DNA from: Thermoplasmatota archaeon
GTDB taxonomy: Archaea > Thermoplasmatota > Penumbrarchaeia > Penumbrarchaeales > Penumbrarchaeaceae
Length of the DNA: 35,673 nucleotides
Direction of reading: 5' to 3'
Assembly: GCA_049472275.1 (NCBI GenBank)
Contig: JBLIRL010000005.1
Span: forward strand, 1 to 35,673
Shown here: positions 8,601-15,863 of the stretch, one piece after another
Layout: every line of letters begins with the position of its first letter
Numbering within the stretch: the stretch's first letter is position 1
Position numbers and translations under genes: made by a program
The notes under the pieces: generated by a model
Told to the model about the DNA's origin: nothing
What the model saw: the letters and a program-made list of their open reading frames with translations, nothing else
Databases searched by the model: none

Positions 8601-9941
8601 GTATCCTCCGGTCACGGCATACAGCTTGCCCTTGAATGCGCACATGGAGTGGATCATCGATTCCGAGCCCGATATCGGAGCGCGCTGCACCCATGCGTCG
8701 TTCCCGTTCCATTCGTACAGGACCCCCCCGTTCGTGCCTGCCAGAAGCCTTCCTCCGAAGACCACAAGACTGGTCACCATTCCGCTTGGTATGACGGAGG
8801 TCTTCGGCATCCAGGTATTGACACCGTTCCACTCGAAGAGTGCTGAATCCGCCGAGAAGAGCCTTCCCCTGTAGACGGTGAGGGTGGAGAAGCCCGTTCC
8901 GTGCTGGGCCTTCATCGCCCAGCTGGTCCTTCCGTTCCACTGCACCAGGTAGCCGGTAGGACTTGTTACCCCGTAGAGCTCTCCGTTGAAAACGCAGAGC
9001 TCGTTGACGCCGGTCTCGTAACTGTACTGGGATGCGGCCTGGGTCCATGCTCCGAAGCGGTTCCACTCCAGCAGCATACCTGACGGTGAAGTACCGGCAT
9101 ACAGCATGCCGTTGTACACCTCCAGGCTTATCACTTCCTCATCGTAGAACTGCTGGGACACGCTGTTCCAGTACGAGCCGTCCCATCTGACCAGCTCGCT
9201 GGACCCTGCGAGGGCACCGAAGATCTTCCCGTCATATACCGCAAGTGATGTGATGGATGTGGATTTGTATGCGGAAGCCCTCTGTACCCATCCGTTCCGG
9301 GTCCACTCTATGAGATCACCCTGTGAAGTGGCCGCGAAGAGACCGTCATTGTAGACGACCATGTCATAGAGGGTGTAAGAATTCCCGTAATGACCCGCGG
9401 CCACGTTCCATGAATCGTTCCTGTAACCTCTGTTCATCCCGAACATAACCTGTCCGTAGGAATCACCCGAGCCCCCGTAACGGGAATCCGTCAGAATGTC
9501 CAGGAAGAAACCTGTATCCGAGGTCCGGTCGTACTTGTTCAGGATCCCTCCGAGACCGTCCGTCAGGTTCTCCCTGACATGGATCCAGGATTCCACCGTG
9601 AAGGAATCCGACCCGATCTGGAGGGCGGAACCGTTTCCGCAGTTGAGATGGTCGTCAACACCATCGAACCTCAATGCGGGATCGTGGATGCCGTTTCCCC
9701 ATTCCGGATCGTACTTGTCCGGATCTGTGGATATGCCGAGCACGGCATGGTTCCCCATCCCGGAAGCGTCCTGAGTGTACTGACCTTCCCCTTCCTTGAA
9801 ATCATACTTGCACAGGAGATCCCCGCTTCGGGAGGGAGATGAGGAGGCCCCCTGCGATACGGAAGGAGACGGGAGTGAGGAAATCAGTACAAATGCGATC
9901 ACAAGAAGCGCATGATAGCTCGCACATTTGAATTTCCGCAA
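5610..9941 (-). CDS. Large cell-surface protein: LamG-like jelly roll with inserted 7-repeat beta-propeller, five FN3 domains, PA14 domain, poly-Asp linker, TM helix, Q/Y/P-rich cytoplasmic tail
   Basis: TTG start after GAGGTGAGGA; signal peptide. LamG motifs FTVESWI, WNHIVAVRD, IYINGEL, FNGLIDRVRI. Seven W..(A)...SL.V.nG.LyAgT..G.L.EW repeats. FN3 YYY.V.A.N..GES motifs. PA14 motifs GLMGRYY, IDFDWG, NFSVRWDGYL, DGGVRLWVD, HQIKIEYY. Confidence 0.85.
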   Translation of the reverse strand: MRKFKCASYHALLVIAFVLISSLPSPSVSQGASSSPSRSGDLLCKYDFKEGEGQYTQDASGMGNHAVLGISTDPDKYDPEWGNGIHDPALRFDGVDDHLNCGNGSALQIGSDSFTVESWIHVRENLTDGLGGILNKYDRTSDTGFFLDILTDSRYGGSGDSYGQVMFGMNRGYRNDSWNVAAGHYGNSYTLYDMVVYNDGLFAATSQGDLIEWTRNGWVQRASAYKSTSITSLAVYDGKIFGALAGSSELVRWDGSYWNSVSQQFYDEEVISLEVYNGMLYAGTSPSGMLLEWNRFGAWTQAASQYSYETGVNELCVFNGELYGVTSPTGYLVQWNGRTSWAMKAQHGTGFSTLTVYRGRLFSADSALFEWNGVNTWMPKTSVIPSGMVTSLVVFGGRLLAGTNGGVLYEWNGNDAWVQRAPISGSESMIHSMCAFKGKLYAVTGGYGHLLEWNCGFSVTSDTGLYPGWNHIVAVRDSEAGHLHIYINGELEGTSGPFDPGLFDLNCTTNLMVGQGNQDTFNGLIDRVRIFGRPLGEAEILDDFDFFSMEWRAPLPPTSPDIGSGDLFVNLSWGPPVSLGTHVLEGYRIYRGIAIDNITLYNETTPTVQWFNDTDLSYGVTYHYLVTAYSEAGESLSEDLMEATPKGRPTPPVNLTVRSGDRFVNISWKPPLMNKGSNITGYRIERGLDLNTFFDLMQLGPEKRYYNDTVVDNRQTYYYRIFARNIMGESLPSNNVSAVPKKLPPPVNSLEYTPCDRGADLTWKRSPDPYFHHFNLYRGTRDLISGGLMGRYYNEPDLTNLSFENQDYVIDFDWGENPPIPRMEDNNFSVRWDGYLKASYTGSYTIMIKTDGGVRLWVDNIPVINVWKDGWHESLSASVYLLEGEHQIKIEYYNTKGRAAIKLSWEPPEMEAHTIPTSNLFGYYITYELIQTTPENRFKDEGLQIGRYYYYHVRAVNDAGESAVGNILEVYPVGLPGEPRNLAVTPGDGYINLTWETPAELMGSRIREYKIFRANGTDNVRFYANISGDQLHFNDTDVVNGLDYFYYVTAVNDAGESEPSASLKGIPIGKPTPPRTPKAELYEGGVRITWAVPKFTGGADLVGYNVYRAVNSGNRSFLYWENDFMIQGYIDIDVSGGNNYTYWITALNEVGESGFSENVSIFIPAPVVVDDDDDDDIVEPVKRDRGFPWAFVIFGVIALVVAALVAAFLIVRYRRRSDQSLMIGPVAADTGMPLTPAGIDDTFDIFHPAEQPSQISQAYEEVYTSEMPPEIPDQQPRYYDQQDQYYPQQEYPQDQQQDQYQQQAYDQQQQPYYPQDPQQYYPEQQPRNYDQQEQYYPQQEYPQDYQQDQYQQQGYDHPGQQYYSGDRQEFYPRQEDQKDEYMDPSGQGYSDQEQPPAQEEQPRGPINEFFAAPPPEQLIREEVQEVGGEPRLPQYGEDEEPLE
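5872..6129. repeat. 150-bp-period intragenic duplication encoding a 50-aa Q/Y/P/D-rich repeat
   Basis: 5872-5979 and 6022-6129 are near-identical at an offset of 150 nt (e.g. GATACTGGTCCTGCTG...TCCTGCGGATACTCCTGCTGCGGGTAGTACTG in both copies). Confidence 0.9.
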
Positions 9942-10116
9942 ATCCTCACCTCATTTGGATCCTATCCTCGAAGTAGGATCGGTACTCTCACGACGATGTC
10001 GCCCCCTTCCCCTGGCCATTCTCTCCACTGGCCTGTCTTCGAGAATTCCGTTTCGAATCAGGGAGTATGATTAAAAACCTTTTGGTGGGCGAGCATGTGA
10101 CAAGTGGATCCGATTT

Positions 10117-10413
10117 TCACCGCTCCCCGTTGACCTCGCCTTCCGTATCGACGAGCCAGGACACGTAATCCGGCCCCATCTCGCCGAATATCCTCTCCTT
10201 GAGATCATCAGGGATGTACATATTGTTGAGAATGTATTCAAGGGTGGATTCTTCGTGGACCTTCCACAGATGGAGGAACAGCTCCTCCTCCACGTTCACC
10301 CTGGGCCCATCGAACGACCTGGGGCAGTAGGGGCATCTCACCGAAACGGCAATGTTGTAATCGGGGTCTTCGTATTCATCCTCGACACCCGGAAGAGGGT
10401 TCTGGTCCAACAT
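10117..10413 (-). CDS. Small acidic protein with a C2H2-like zinc finger
   Basis: CPYC-x17-H-x4-H motif. ATG with GAGTGA upstream. Fills an otherwise empty gap divergent from the dcd-family gene. Confidence 0.65.
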   Translation of the reverse strand: MLDQNPLPGVEDEYEDPDYNIAVSVRCPYCPRSFDGPRVNVEEELFLHLWKVHEESTLEYILNNMYIPDDLKERIFGEMGPDYVSWLVDTEGEVNGER

Positions 10414-10512
10414 GGTCGGTCACTCGGATTATTCGGTGAAACATCACTACTACAAAAGGATTTTGAATCACCGACAGAAAAGATTTTACGGCTGCTTTAC
10501 CTAGCCTCCCGC

Positions 10513-11004
10513 ATGACAGTCCTCTCAGACCACGACATCGTCTACAGGCTGGAAAGGGGGACGATGAGGATCGATCCCTTCCGCGAGAAGAACCTCACAC
10601 CCAACGGTTACGATCTCACGGTATCGGAGGTCTACACCCGGAATCCCGAGGGGAAGGTGACGATCGGTCAGGTCTATCTCGATCCCGGAGACTGGTGCCT
10701 GGTGTCCACGAAGGAATATCTCGAGGTGCCGCCGGACCTTTGTGCTAACCTTTGGATGAGATCGTCCTTCATCAGGAAAGGACTTCTCGGTGGCTTCGGG
10801 GTGGTTGACGCGGGTTTCAAGGGTACATTGACCTTCTCGGTATCGAATCACGGTCCGGAACGGGTCTCCCTGCCCATCGGAGAAAGGATATGCCAGATAG
10901 TATACCTCAAACTCTCGTCGAGCCCGCAGCACCTGTACGAGGCTAGATCGGGCACCTACCAGGGCCAGACGGGTATCACTCTGGACGGGGGAAAACGGAT
11001 TTGA
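10513..11004 (+). CDS. dcd: dCTP deaminase/dUTPase superfamily protein (probably an archaeal-type dUTPase)
   Basis: Start reassigned to the ATG at 10513 (MTVLSDHDI). Motifs IDPF...LTPNGYDLTV, RSSFIRKG, VDAGFKG.LT, GERICQ, YQGQ.G. The deaminase catalytic Glu position appears to be Ser. Confidence 0.85.
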   Translation: MTVLSDHDIVYRLERGTMRIDPFREKNLTPNGYDLTVSEVYTRNPEGKVTIGQVYLDPGDWCLVSTKEYLEVPPDLCANLWMRSSFIRKGLLGGFGVVDAGFKGTLTFSVSNHGPERVSLPIGERICQIVYLKLSSSPQHLYEARSGTYQGQTGITLDGGKRI

Positions 11005-11363
11005 AGGGATCGGTCTGCGTCGAGCAGGGATGCAGCCACTGCTGCAGGGATACGGAGATGAATCTCACCCTGGAGGATGTGGACAGGATCTCGGGATCGG
11101 GGAAAGAGGACTTCTATCACGAGGATACCATGCAGCTCCGGAATGTGGAGGGAAGGTGCATCTTCCTTTCAACGGAAGGAAGGTGTTCCATATACGACAT
11201 GAGGCCTCTCGGCTGCAGGCTCTACCCCCTGATCATGTCGCTCCCTTCAATGGAGCCGCTGCTGGACGAGGAATGTCCTCATCGCGACCTTTTCACAGTG
11301 GAGCCCGAGGAAGTAATGGAGCTCGGAAAGCTCGTGGAGACACTCATCGAGGAAGGATTATGA
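11001..11363 (+). CDS. YkgJ/UPF0153-family cysteine-cluster (Zn/Fe-chelating) protein
   Basis: C-x4-CxxCC...C.FL....CSIY..RP..CR.YP...CP signature. TTG start overlaps the upstream stop (TTGA). Confidence 0.88.
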   Translation: MKGSVCVEQGCSHCCRDTEMNLTLEDVDRISGSGKEDFYHEDTMQLRNVEGRCIFLSTEGRCSIYDMRPLGCRLYPLIMSLPSMEPLLDEECPHRDLFTVEPEEVMELGKLVETLIEEGL

Positions 11364-11992
11364 GATACATAGCACTGATGTCTGGAGGGATCGATTCCCC
11401 TGTGGCCGCATACCATATGCTGAAGGCTGGTGCAGAGGTGAGGGTCCTGAACATGGACAACAGGCCTTTCGGTGAATTCGACGAGCTGGAGAAGGTCGAC
11501 GAGCTTGCCAGAAGGTTGAAGGCACTCTTCCCGGGGAAAGTGAGGATGTTCAGGGCCTCGCACGGGATCTTCCTCTCGGCCTTCAGGGAGCACTCAAATC
11601 CCAAGTATACCTGCGTACTTTGCAAGAAGGCAATGTTGAAACTGGCCGATCATCTGTGCGGTGTGTGGGACCTAAAGGGAATCATAATGGGGGACTCCCT
11701 CGGCCAGGTCGCATCCCAGACACTGCCAAATCTTGCGGCTGTGAGTGCTGGTGTGGGACATCCGATCATCCGCCCGCTCATCGGGATGGACAAGGTGGAT
11801 ATTGAGAAGGTGGGGAAGGAGATCGGCACCTTCGATATCTCCATCAGGAGAACAACGGGTTGCACCGCGACTCCGAAGTATCCGATAACCAGGGCAGACG
11901 CGGAGGCTCTCGAGATCGAGGCACGGAAGGCAGGATTGGATGATCTGCTGCCGCGGGTTGCGGGCACGGTGGCGGAGATCGATCTCCGTTAG
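11360..11992 (+). CDS. thiI: ThiI/TtuI-family tRNA 4-thiouridine synthase, catalytic PP-loop domain only (no THUMP)
   Basis: True start is the ATG at 11360 (ATGA overlap, GGAAGGA upstream). Motifs SGGIDSPVA, CVLC, GDSLGQVASQT, RPLIGMDK, IGTFDIS, GC..P..P. 210 aa. Confidence 0.85.
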   Translation: MRYIALMSGGIDSPVAAYHMLKAGAEVRVLNMDNRPFGEFDELEKVDELARRLKALFPGKVRMFRASHGIFLSAFREHSNPKYTCVLCKKAMLKLADHLCGVWDLKGIIMGDSLGQVASQTLPNLAAVSAGVGHPIIRPLIGMDKVDIEKVGKEIGTFDISIRRTTGCTATPKYPITRADAEALEIEARKAGLDDLLPRVAGTVAEIDLR

Positions 11993-12018
11993 CGTTAATA
12001 TACCCGAGAGCGATACAC

Positions 12019-12390
12019 GTGCAGGGTGAGATAGTGGAGTATGCGGAATGCAAGCTCTGTCAGAACGGTGTCCTGCTCCCCTTCACCGGTCCCGAGGGGC
12101 ATACTGTTTATTTCTGCACCAACTGCAGGGCCAGGTTCTCCGGTTACCAGGAGGAGCCCATGTTTGAGGGGGTCCCCGTTTTCTCCGAGATGGCAACATA
12201 TCTGGTGAGGGATTCCCTGGATTCCGGGGAGACCTTCACAAGGGGGAAGCTTCATGACGATTACAGGGCCATACTCGACGAGAATCCGCCCCTCCCGCTC
12301 GATTCGGCAGTACCGGTGTGCGATTTCTGTTCAAGGGACCTGGTCCTGACCTGCGAGCATCTGGAGCTTTGCTGGCTTCCGAATCCCTGA
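12019..12390 (+). CDS. Small hypothetical protein with an N-terminal zinc ribbon and a second Cys/His cluster
   Basis: CKLC...CTNC, then CDFC...CEH...C. TTAATATA TATA-like box about 20 nt upstream of the GTG start. Confidence 0.7.
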   Translation: MQGEIVEYAECKLCQNGVLLPFTGPEGHTVYFCTNCRARFSGYQEEPMFEGVPVFSEMATYLVRDSLDSGETFTRGKLHDDYRAILDENPPLPLDSAVPVCDFCSRDLVLTCEHLELCWLPNP

Positions 12391-12404
12391 CCATACCTTC
12401 CCCG

Positions 12405-12950
12405 TTACTGCAACCTCTCCAGGTATGTCATTATCCTCGCAGGTGCGGCCCCCAAGGCCGTACATGTTTCCAAGCTAACTCCTCTGCCTGTGAGGTCCAT
12501 GTGGTGCTGGCCAATGTTCATGATCTTCTCGGGAAGCCCTCTCGGACCGAGTCCGAAAACAAGGAGGACCGATCTTCCGTCCCTCAGCATACCGGCTATC
12601 TCGGCGGGTGCGGCGGAGATCCTGGTGTCGGGACGTCTCGTGGCTATCACAACCCTTCCGAGCTGGGGGGGAAATCCCCCCCTTGGAAACGGGAAGCTGG
12701 AGAACCGGCCGCTCTCTGCAAGTTTCAGGATCCAGTCCCCGCCCTGACCTATGGAGGTCGTGGAAACGAGCCATTCTGCGATCTCTCCCGGCGTCCTCAG
12801 GTCCTTGGAGAAGGGGAATCCGAAGACGGCGAGGTTGCAGTCGAAGGCTGAAGCGACAGGGGCAGCCCTTGCCAGAGCCCTCCTGTGGGCTTCAGCCAGT
12901 TTCACCGGGTCCAGTGAATTATACAGACCCATCGTCAGTCTGCCTGTCAT
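12405..12950 (-). CDS. DUF531-family protein (predicted SPOUT-class methyltransferase)
   Basis: LT.GLYN..D...L.EAHRRA.ARA.P.a.AF..NLA.FGFPF, TSIG.GG, FP..GFPPQ.G, FGLG.RGLP, SLETCTA.G. Confidence 0.85.
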   Translation of the reverse strand: MTGRLTMGLYNSLDPVKLAEAHRRALARAAPVASAFDCNLAVFGFPFSKDLRTPGEIAEWLVSTTSIGQGGDWILKLAESGRFSSFPFPRGGFPPQLGRVVIATRRPDTRISAAPAEIAGMLRDGRSVLLVFGLGPRGLPEKIMNIGQHHMDLTGRGVSLETCTALGAAPARIMTYLERLQ

Positions 12951-13545
12951 TCTTCATTCCCCTGAAGGCTATGTAGATCTCGATTGACCTCTTCAGCGAG
13001 GACCGGGGCTTCAGCCTGTCGACATTGCCGTAGCTTCCGCCAAATTCCTCGATCAGCTCGTCAACCTCCGAACCCTGGAACATCTTGACGAGGGCGGAAC
13101 CCCCCGGTCTCAGCACCTTCGATGCTATACCCAGTACCGCCCAGCAGAGGGCAAGCGACCGTCCGCGGTCCAAAGTCCTGTTCCCGGACAGGCTCGGTGC
13201 AGCGTCGGATATCACAGCGTCGTAGGCATCGAAGAGACCGAGTACCCGGTCGACAGTTTCCGGGTCCTCTATGTCCCCGTTTATGAAATCAACCCCTTTG
13301 ACAGGTTCCATGCCGATCAGGTCCACAGCCACGACCGCGCCCTTCTGCCCCACTATCTCCGCCGCGACCTGGCTCCATCCCCCGGGGGAAGCGCCGAGGT
13401 CGAGAACGCGGTTCCCACGGCGGATTATCCTCGTCCTTGAATTGATCTCCTTGAGCTTGTAGGCGGCCCTCGACCTGTAACCTTCGGTCCTTGCCCTTCT
13501 GTAGTAGGGATCCCGTTTTCTCTGTCTGATCCACTCCTTCGTCAA
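12919..13545 (-). CDS. rlmE: 23S rRNA (uridine-2'-O)-methyltransferase RlmE (RrmJ/FtsJ)
   Basis: DPYY..A..EGYRSRAAYKL, VLDLGASPGGWSQ, ISDAAP, KMFQG, SIEIY. The K-D-K-E tetrad is intact. Confidence 0.95.
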   Translation of the reverse strand: MTKEWIRQRKRDPYYRRARTEGYRSRAAYKLKEINSRTRIIRRGNRVLDLGASPGGWSQVAAEIVGQKGAVVAVDLIGMEPVKGVDFINGDIEDPETVDRVLGLFDAYDAVISDAAPSLSGNRTLDRGRSLALCWAVLGIASKVLRPGGSALVKMFQGSEVDELIEEFGGSYGNVDRLKPRSSLKRSIEIYIAFRGMKNDRQTDDGSV

Positions 13546-13554
13546 TTGAGAACC

Positions 13555-14445
13555 TCAGATTGGTTTGATGATACCTATCGTGGGTTCATAGATCTGACCC
13601 TCATCCAGGAGCTCCTGTATGGTCTCCTCGAGCTGAATCTTGTCAACCCCGCTCTTCTCACATTTCGTGATTATGTCCCGATATAGAGCCCCCTTGTCCC
13701 CGGATAGCTCGTTTATTATCTCCAGGATGACCTCCTTGAGGTCCTCCTTCACGGGTTTCCGGTCCTGCTCTTCGGAGGTTCCCTCCTCCTCGGCTGGCTT
13801 CTGAACACCGACACTCTTTCCACCACCTTCGAGGACGAGGGACAGGGCATCCTTAACACCCTCCTTGTAGGGGGTCAGGTCGAAATTCCCGTATAGACCA
13901 ACAGCATTGGCACCGGCCTCTGCCGCCCTTCTCGGATGGTCCTTCTCCATGAGGGAATCCACCGTCGGCTGGTCCTCGGTCATGGCATCCTTCACTGCCC
14001 TCAGCCTCTCCATCGTGTACTTGGAGGTCTCCACGATCCACTTGTCCCTCTGGGGGATGTCCACCGGGAACACGACCTCCGGCTTCACGGATGCATAGAA
14101 GGTACCGTCCTCCTTCACGAAGGTCCTGACCTTGCCGACCACGCCCACCAGCGCCGGTGGTTCGAGCTTGCCTATCGCCGTCAGGGCCTGGGGCTGATAC
14201 TGTCCGGCATACAGGTAGAAGGTACCCGTTGGATCCCTGACCTCGACCCTGTACTGCGGGGAATCGTCAGAGCCGGTGTTGCTCTTGGTCATCATCACAC
14301 CGACGAAATAGACCCGGTTCACCGTAGCGCCCAGAGGAGTTATGATATAGTTGGGGGCATTCTCCTCCAGGCCCCGGTCCTCATGCTGGGACCTGTTGTA
14401 TTCGACGGCGAAGACCCTTCGGGCCACCTCCCTCATCCTTGCCAT
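13555..14445 (-). CDS. RPA-associated / RPA32-like subunit (OB fold plus C-terminal winged helix)
   Basis: REVARRVFA.E, PNY.ITP.GA.VNR.YFVG, DPTG.F..YAGQYQP, C-terminal L...G.IYEP..G. Coupled to the upstream RPA gene by a TGATG overlap. Confidence 0.88.
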   Translation of the reverse strand: MARMREVARRVFAVEYNRSQHEDRGLEENAPNYIITPLGATVNRVYFVGVMMTKSNTGSDDSPQYRVEVRDPTGTFYLYAGQYQPQALTAIGKLEPPALVGVVGKVRTFVKEDGTFYASVKPEVVFPVDIPQRDKWIVETSKYTMERLRAVKDAMTEDQPTVDSLMEKDHPRRAAEAGANAVGLYGNFDLTPYKEGVKDALSLVLEGGGKSVGVQKPAEEEGTSEEQDRKPVKEDLKEVILEIINELSGDKGALYRDIITKCEKSGVDKIQLEETIQELLDEGQIYEPTIGIIKPI

Positions 14446-15743
14446 CAGATCACCTCCAGGACGTCAAGGAGTGCCCTTGCCTCATCGAGGTCGTCGGCCT
14501 CCTCCGGTTTGACCTGGGCCGGCAGGATCGTGGGGCCGAAATCATCCCTTATCACGTTGCCTCTCATCACGAAGTCCCTTCCGAGCAGCTTCTGGCTGAG
14601 CTCCCCGATGATCCTCTCATCGTCGTCGCAGTACCTCTCGACGCATTCAGAAACCTTGCGTCCCAGGACCTCTTCTGTGATCTCGGTGTTGAGGACCGCG
14701 AAGAGCGCTCCCGTTCCGTCATCGAGAACGACCTTGGTCCGCAGGTCCGCGATGCCCTCCTGCTGTCCATGTATCGAGCAGCTGCCGTTCATCAGGGCCC
14801 TGTTGCATTCGGGGCACCTGAAGATCAGTCCGGACCCGTCCCTCACCTCGATTATAGTTCCCGATATCTCAATATCCGTGGCCCCTGCGTTCAGAAGGTC
14901 CTCCGCGAATAGGCGGGGGGTCTTCATAACGTCGAAATCCTTGCTGCTCTCCTTCTCTATCTCTGCCCTCTCATCGAAATTGATCTGGGGGATGCCTCTC
15001 CACTCCTTGACGTAGGCGCCCGTGATCTTGACCACGTCACCGATCTCGAAATCGAAATCGGACCATGATGTGAACCGGACCCTCTTGGTATCGTCGGCCA
15101 GCATACCGTCGAATATGCTCTTTTTTCCCTTGTCGGTCTCAATGGTCCTCTTCTCGAGGTCCATCACCTTTGCGGTTATCTGTATGTTTCCCATTCCGGG
15201 TCTGACGTCCTTGAGCAGCAGCTCCTGAATGTTGCCGAACCGGGGAAGTTTGGAGATATCGAGGTCCGCCAGGGGATCATCCTGGGCCTCCTCTATCCTG
15301 GTGTAGGGTCCAAGGTTGATCTCGACCTCTCCCCGGAAGGTCTTGGCCGATGCACCCCTGATCACATAAGTGGAGCCCTTATCCAGCATCTGCCCCTCCC
15401 AGGAAACGAACCTTCTGATCATTGTATCGTCGGCAACGAGTCCGGTGACGAGGGTCTTGTCCCCGTTCTGGGTCCGCTGGACCCTTTCCTTCGACGAGAG
15501 ACACCTGACAGTCAGATCGATGTTCATCTCCCCGCCTTTGAGCTCTTTCAGCTTCTTATCGCCCAGGGGGGTAAAAGACGCGGGCGTTCCTCCGAACTTG
15601 CGGATGATCGCCTTCTTGGCTTCCTGGGGTATGATACCGTAGCGAAGGTACCTGTCCAGTTCTTCCTTTAATTTTTCTTCTTCGATATCCGGTAGCGCCT
15701 CTTTTATCTCTTGGATAACAGGCGCGATCTGTTCCTGTTCCAT
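14445..15743 (-). CDS. rpa: Replication protein A large subunit (multiple OB folds, Cx2Cx8Cx2H zinc finger)
   Basis: OB-fold repeats G..ADDT...RF.SW. GSGLIFRCPECNR......CSIHG and DLRTK.VLDDGTG. Confidence 0.9.
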   Translation of the reverse strand: MEQEQIAPVIQEIKEALPDIEEEKLKEELDRYLRYGIIPQEAKKAIIRKFGGTPASFTPLGDKKLKELKGGEMNIDLTVRCLSSKERVQRTQNGDKTLVTGLVADDTMIRRFVSWEGQMLDKGSTYVIRGASAKTFRGEVEINLGPYTRIEEAQDDPLADLDISKLPRFGNIQELLLKDVRPGMGNIQITAKVMDLEKRTIETDKGKKSIFDGMLADDTKRVRFTSWSDFDFEIGDVVKITGAYVKEWRGIPQINFDERAEIEKESSKDFDVMKTPRLFAEDLLNAGATDIEISGTIIEVRDGSGLIFRCPECNRALMNGSCSIHGQQEGIADLRTKVVLDDGTGALFAVLNTEITEEVLGRKVSECVERYCDDDERIIGELSQKLLGRDFVMRGNVIRDDFGPTILPAQVKPEEADDLDEARALLDVLEVI

Positions 15744-15863
15744 GGAACCCCTCCTTACCCTAAGGGGTGGATTCTCGATAATACAGTAGATGGATAAAAG
15801 TGTTCTCTACGTTGTTCCATCGGTCTCCTTTCCACTGGAAATGGGATGCATGCCGGGGATCGG

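Noticed and set aside
10433-10474. 7-bp inverted repeat TCGGTGA/TCACCGA in the divergent promoter
   Set aside because: Short with a 28-nt spacer, so it is compatible with chance; no supporting copies elsewhere were noticed.
10255-10512. 86-aa N-terminal extension of the dcd-family ORF
   Set aside because: It overlaps the divergent zinc-finger gene; family similarity begins at the ATG at 10513.
11030-11359. 110-aa N-terminal extension of the ThiI ORF as a possible THUMP replacement
   Set aside because: It is an off-frame reading of the YkgJ gene, with G/R/S-rich non-domain sequence. The RBS and ATGA coupling support a start at 11360.
13936-15015. 359-aa plus-strand ORF
   Set aside because: Antisense shadow across the two RPA genes.
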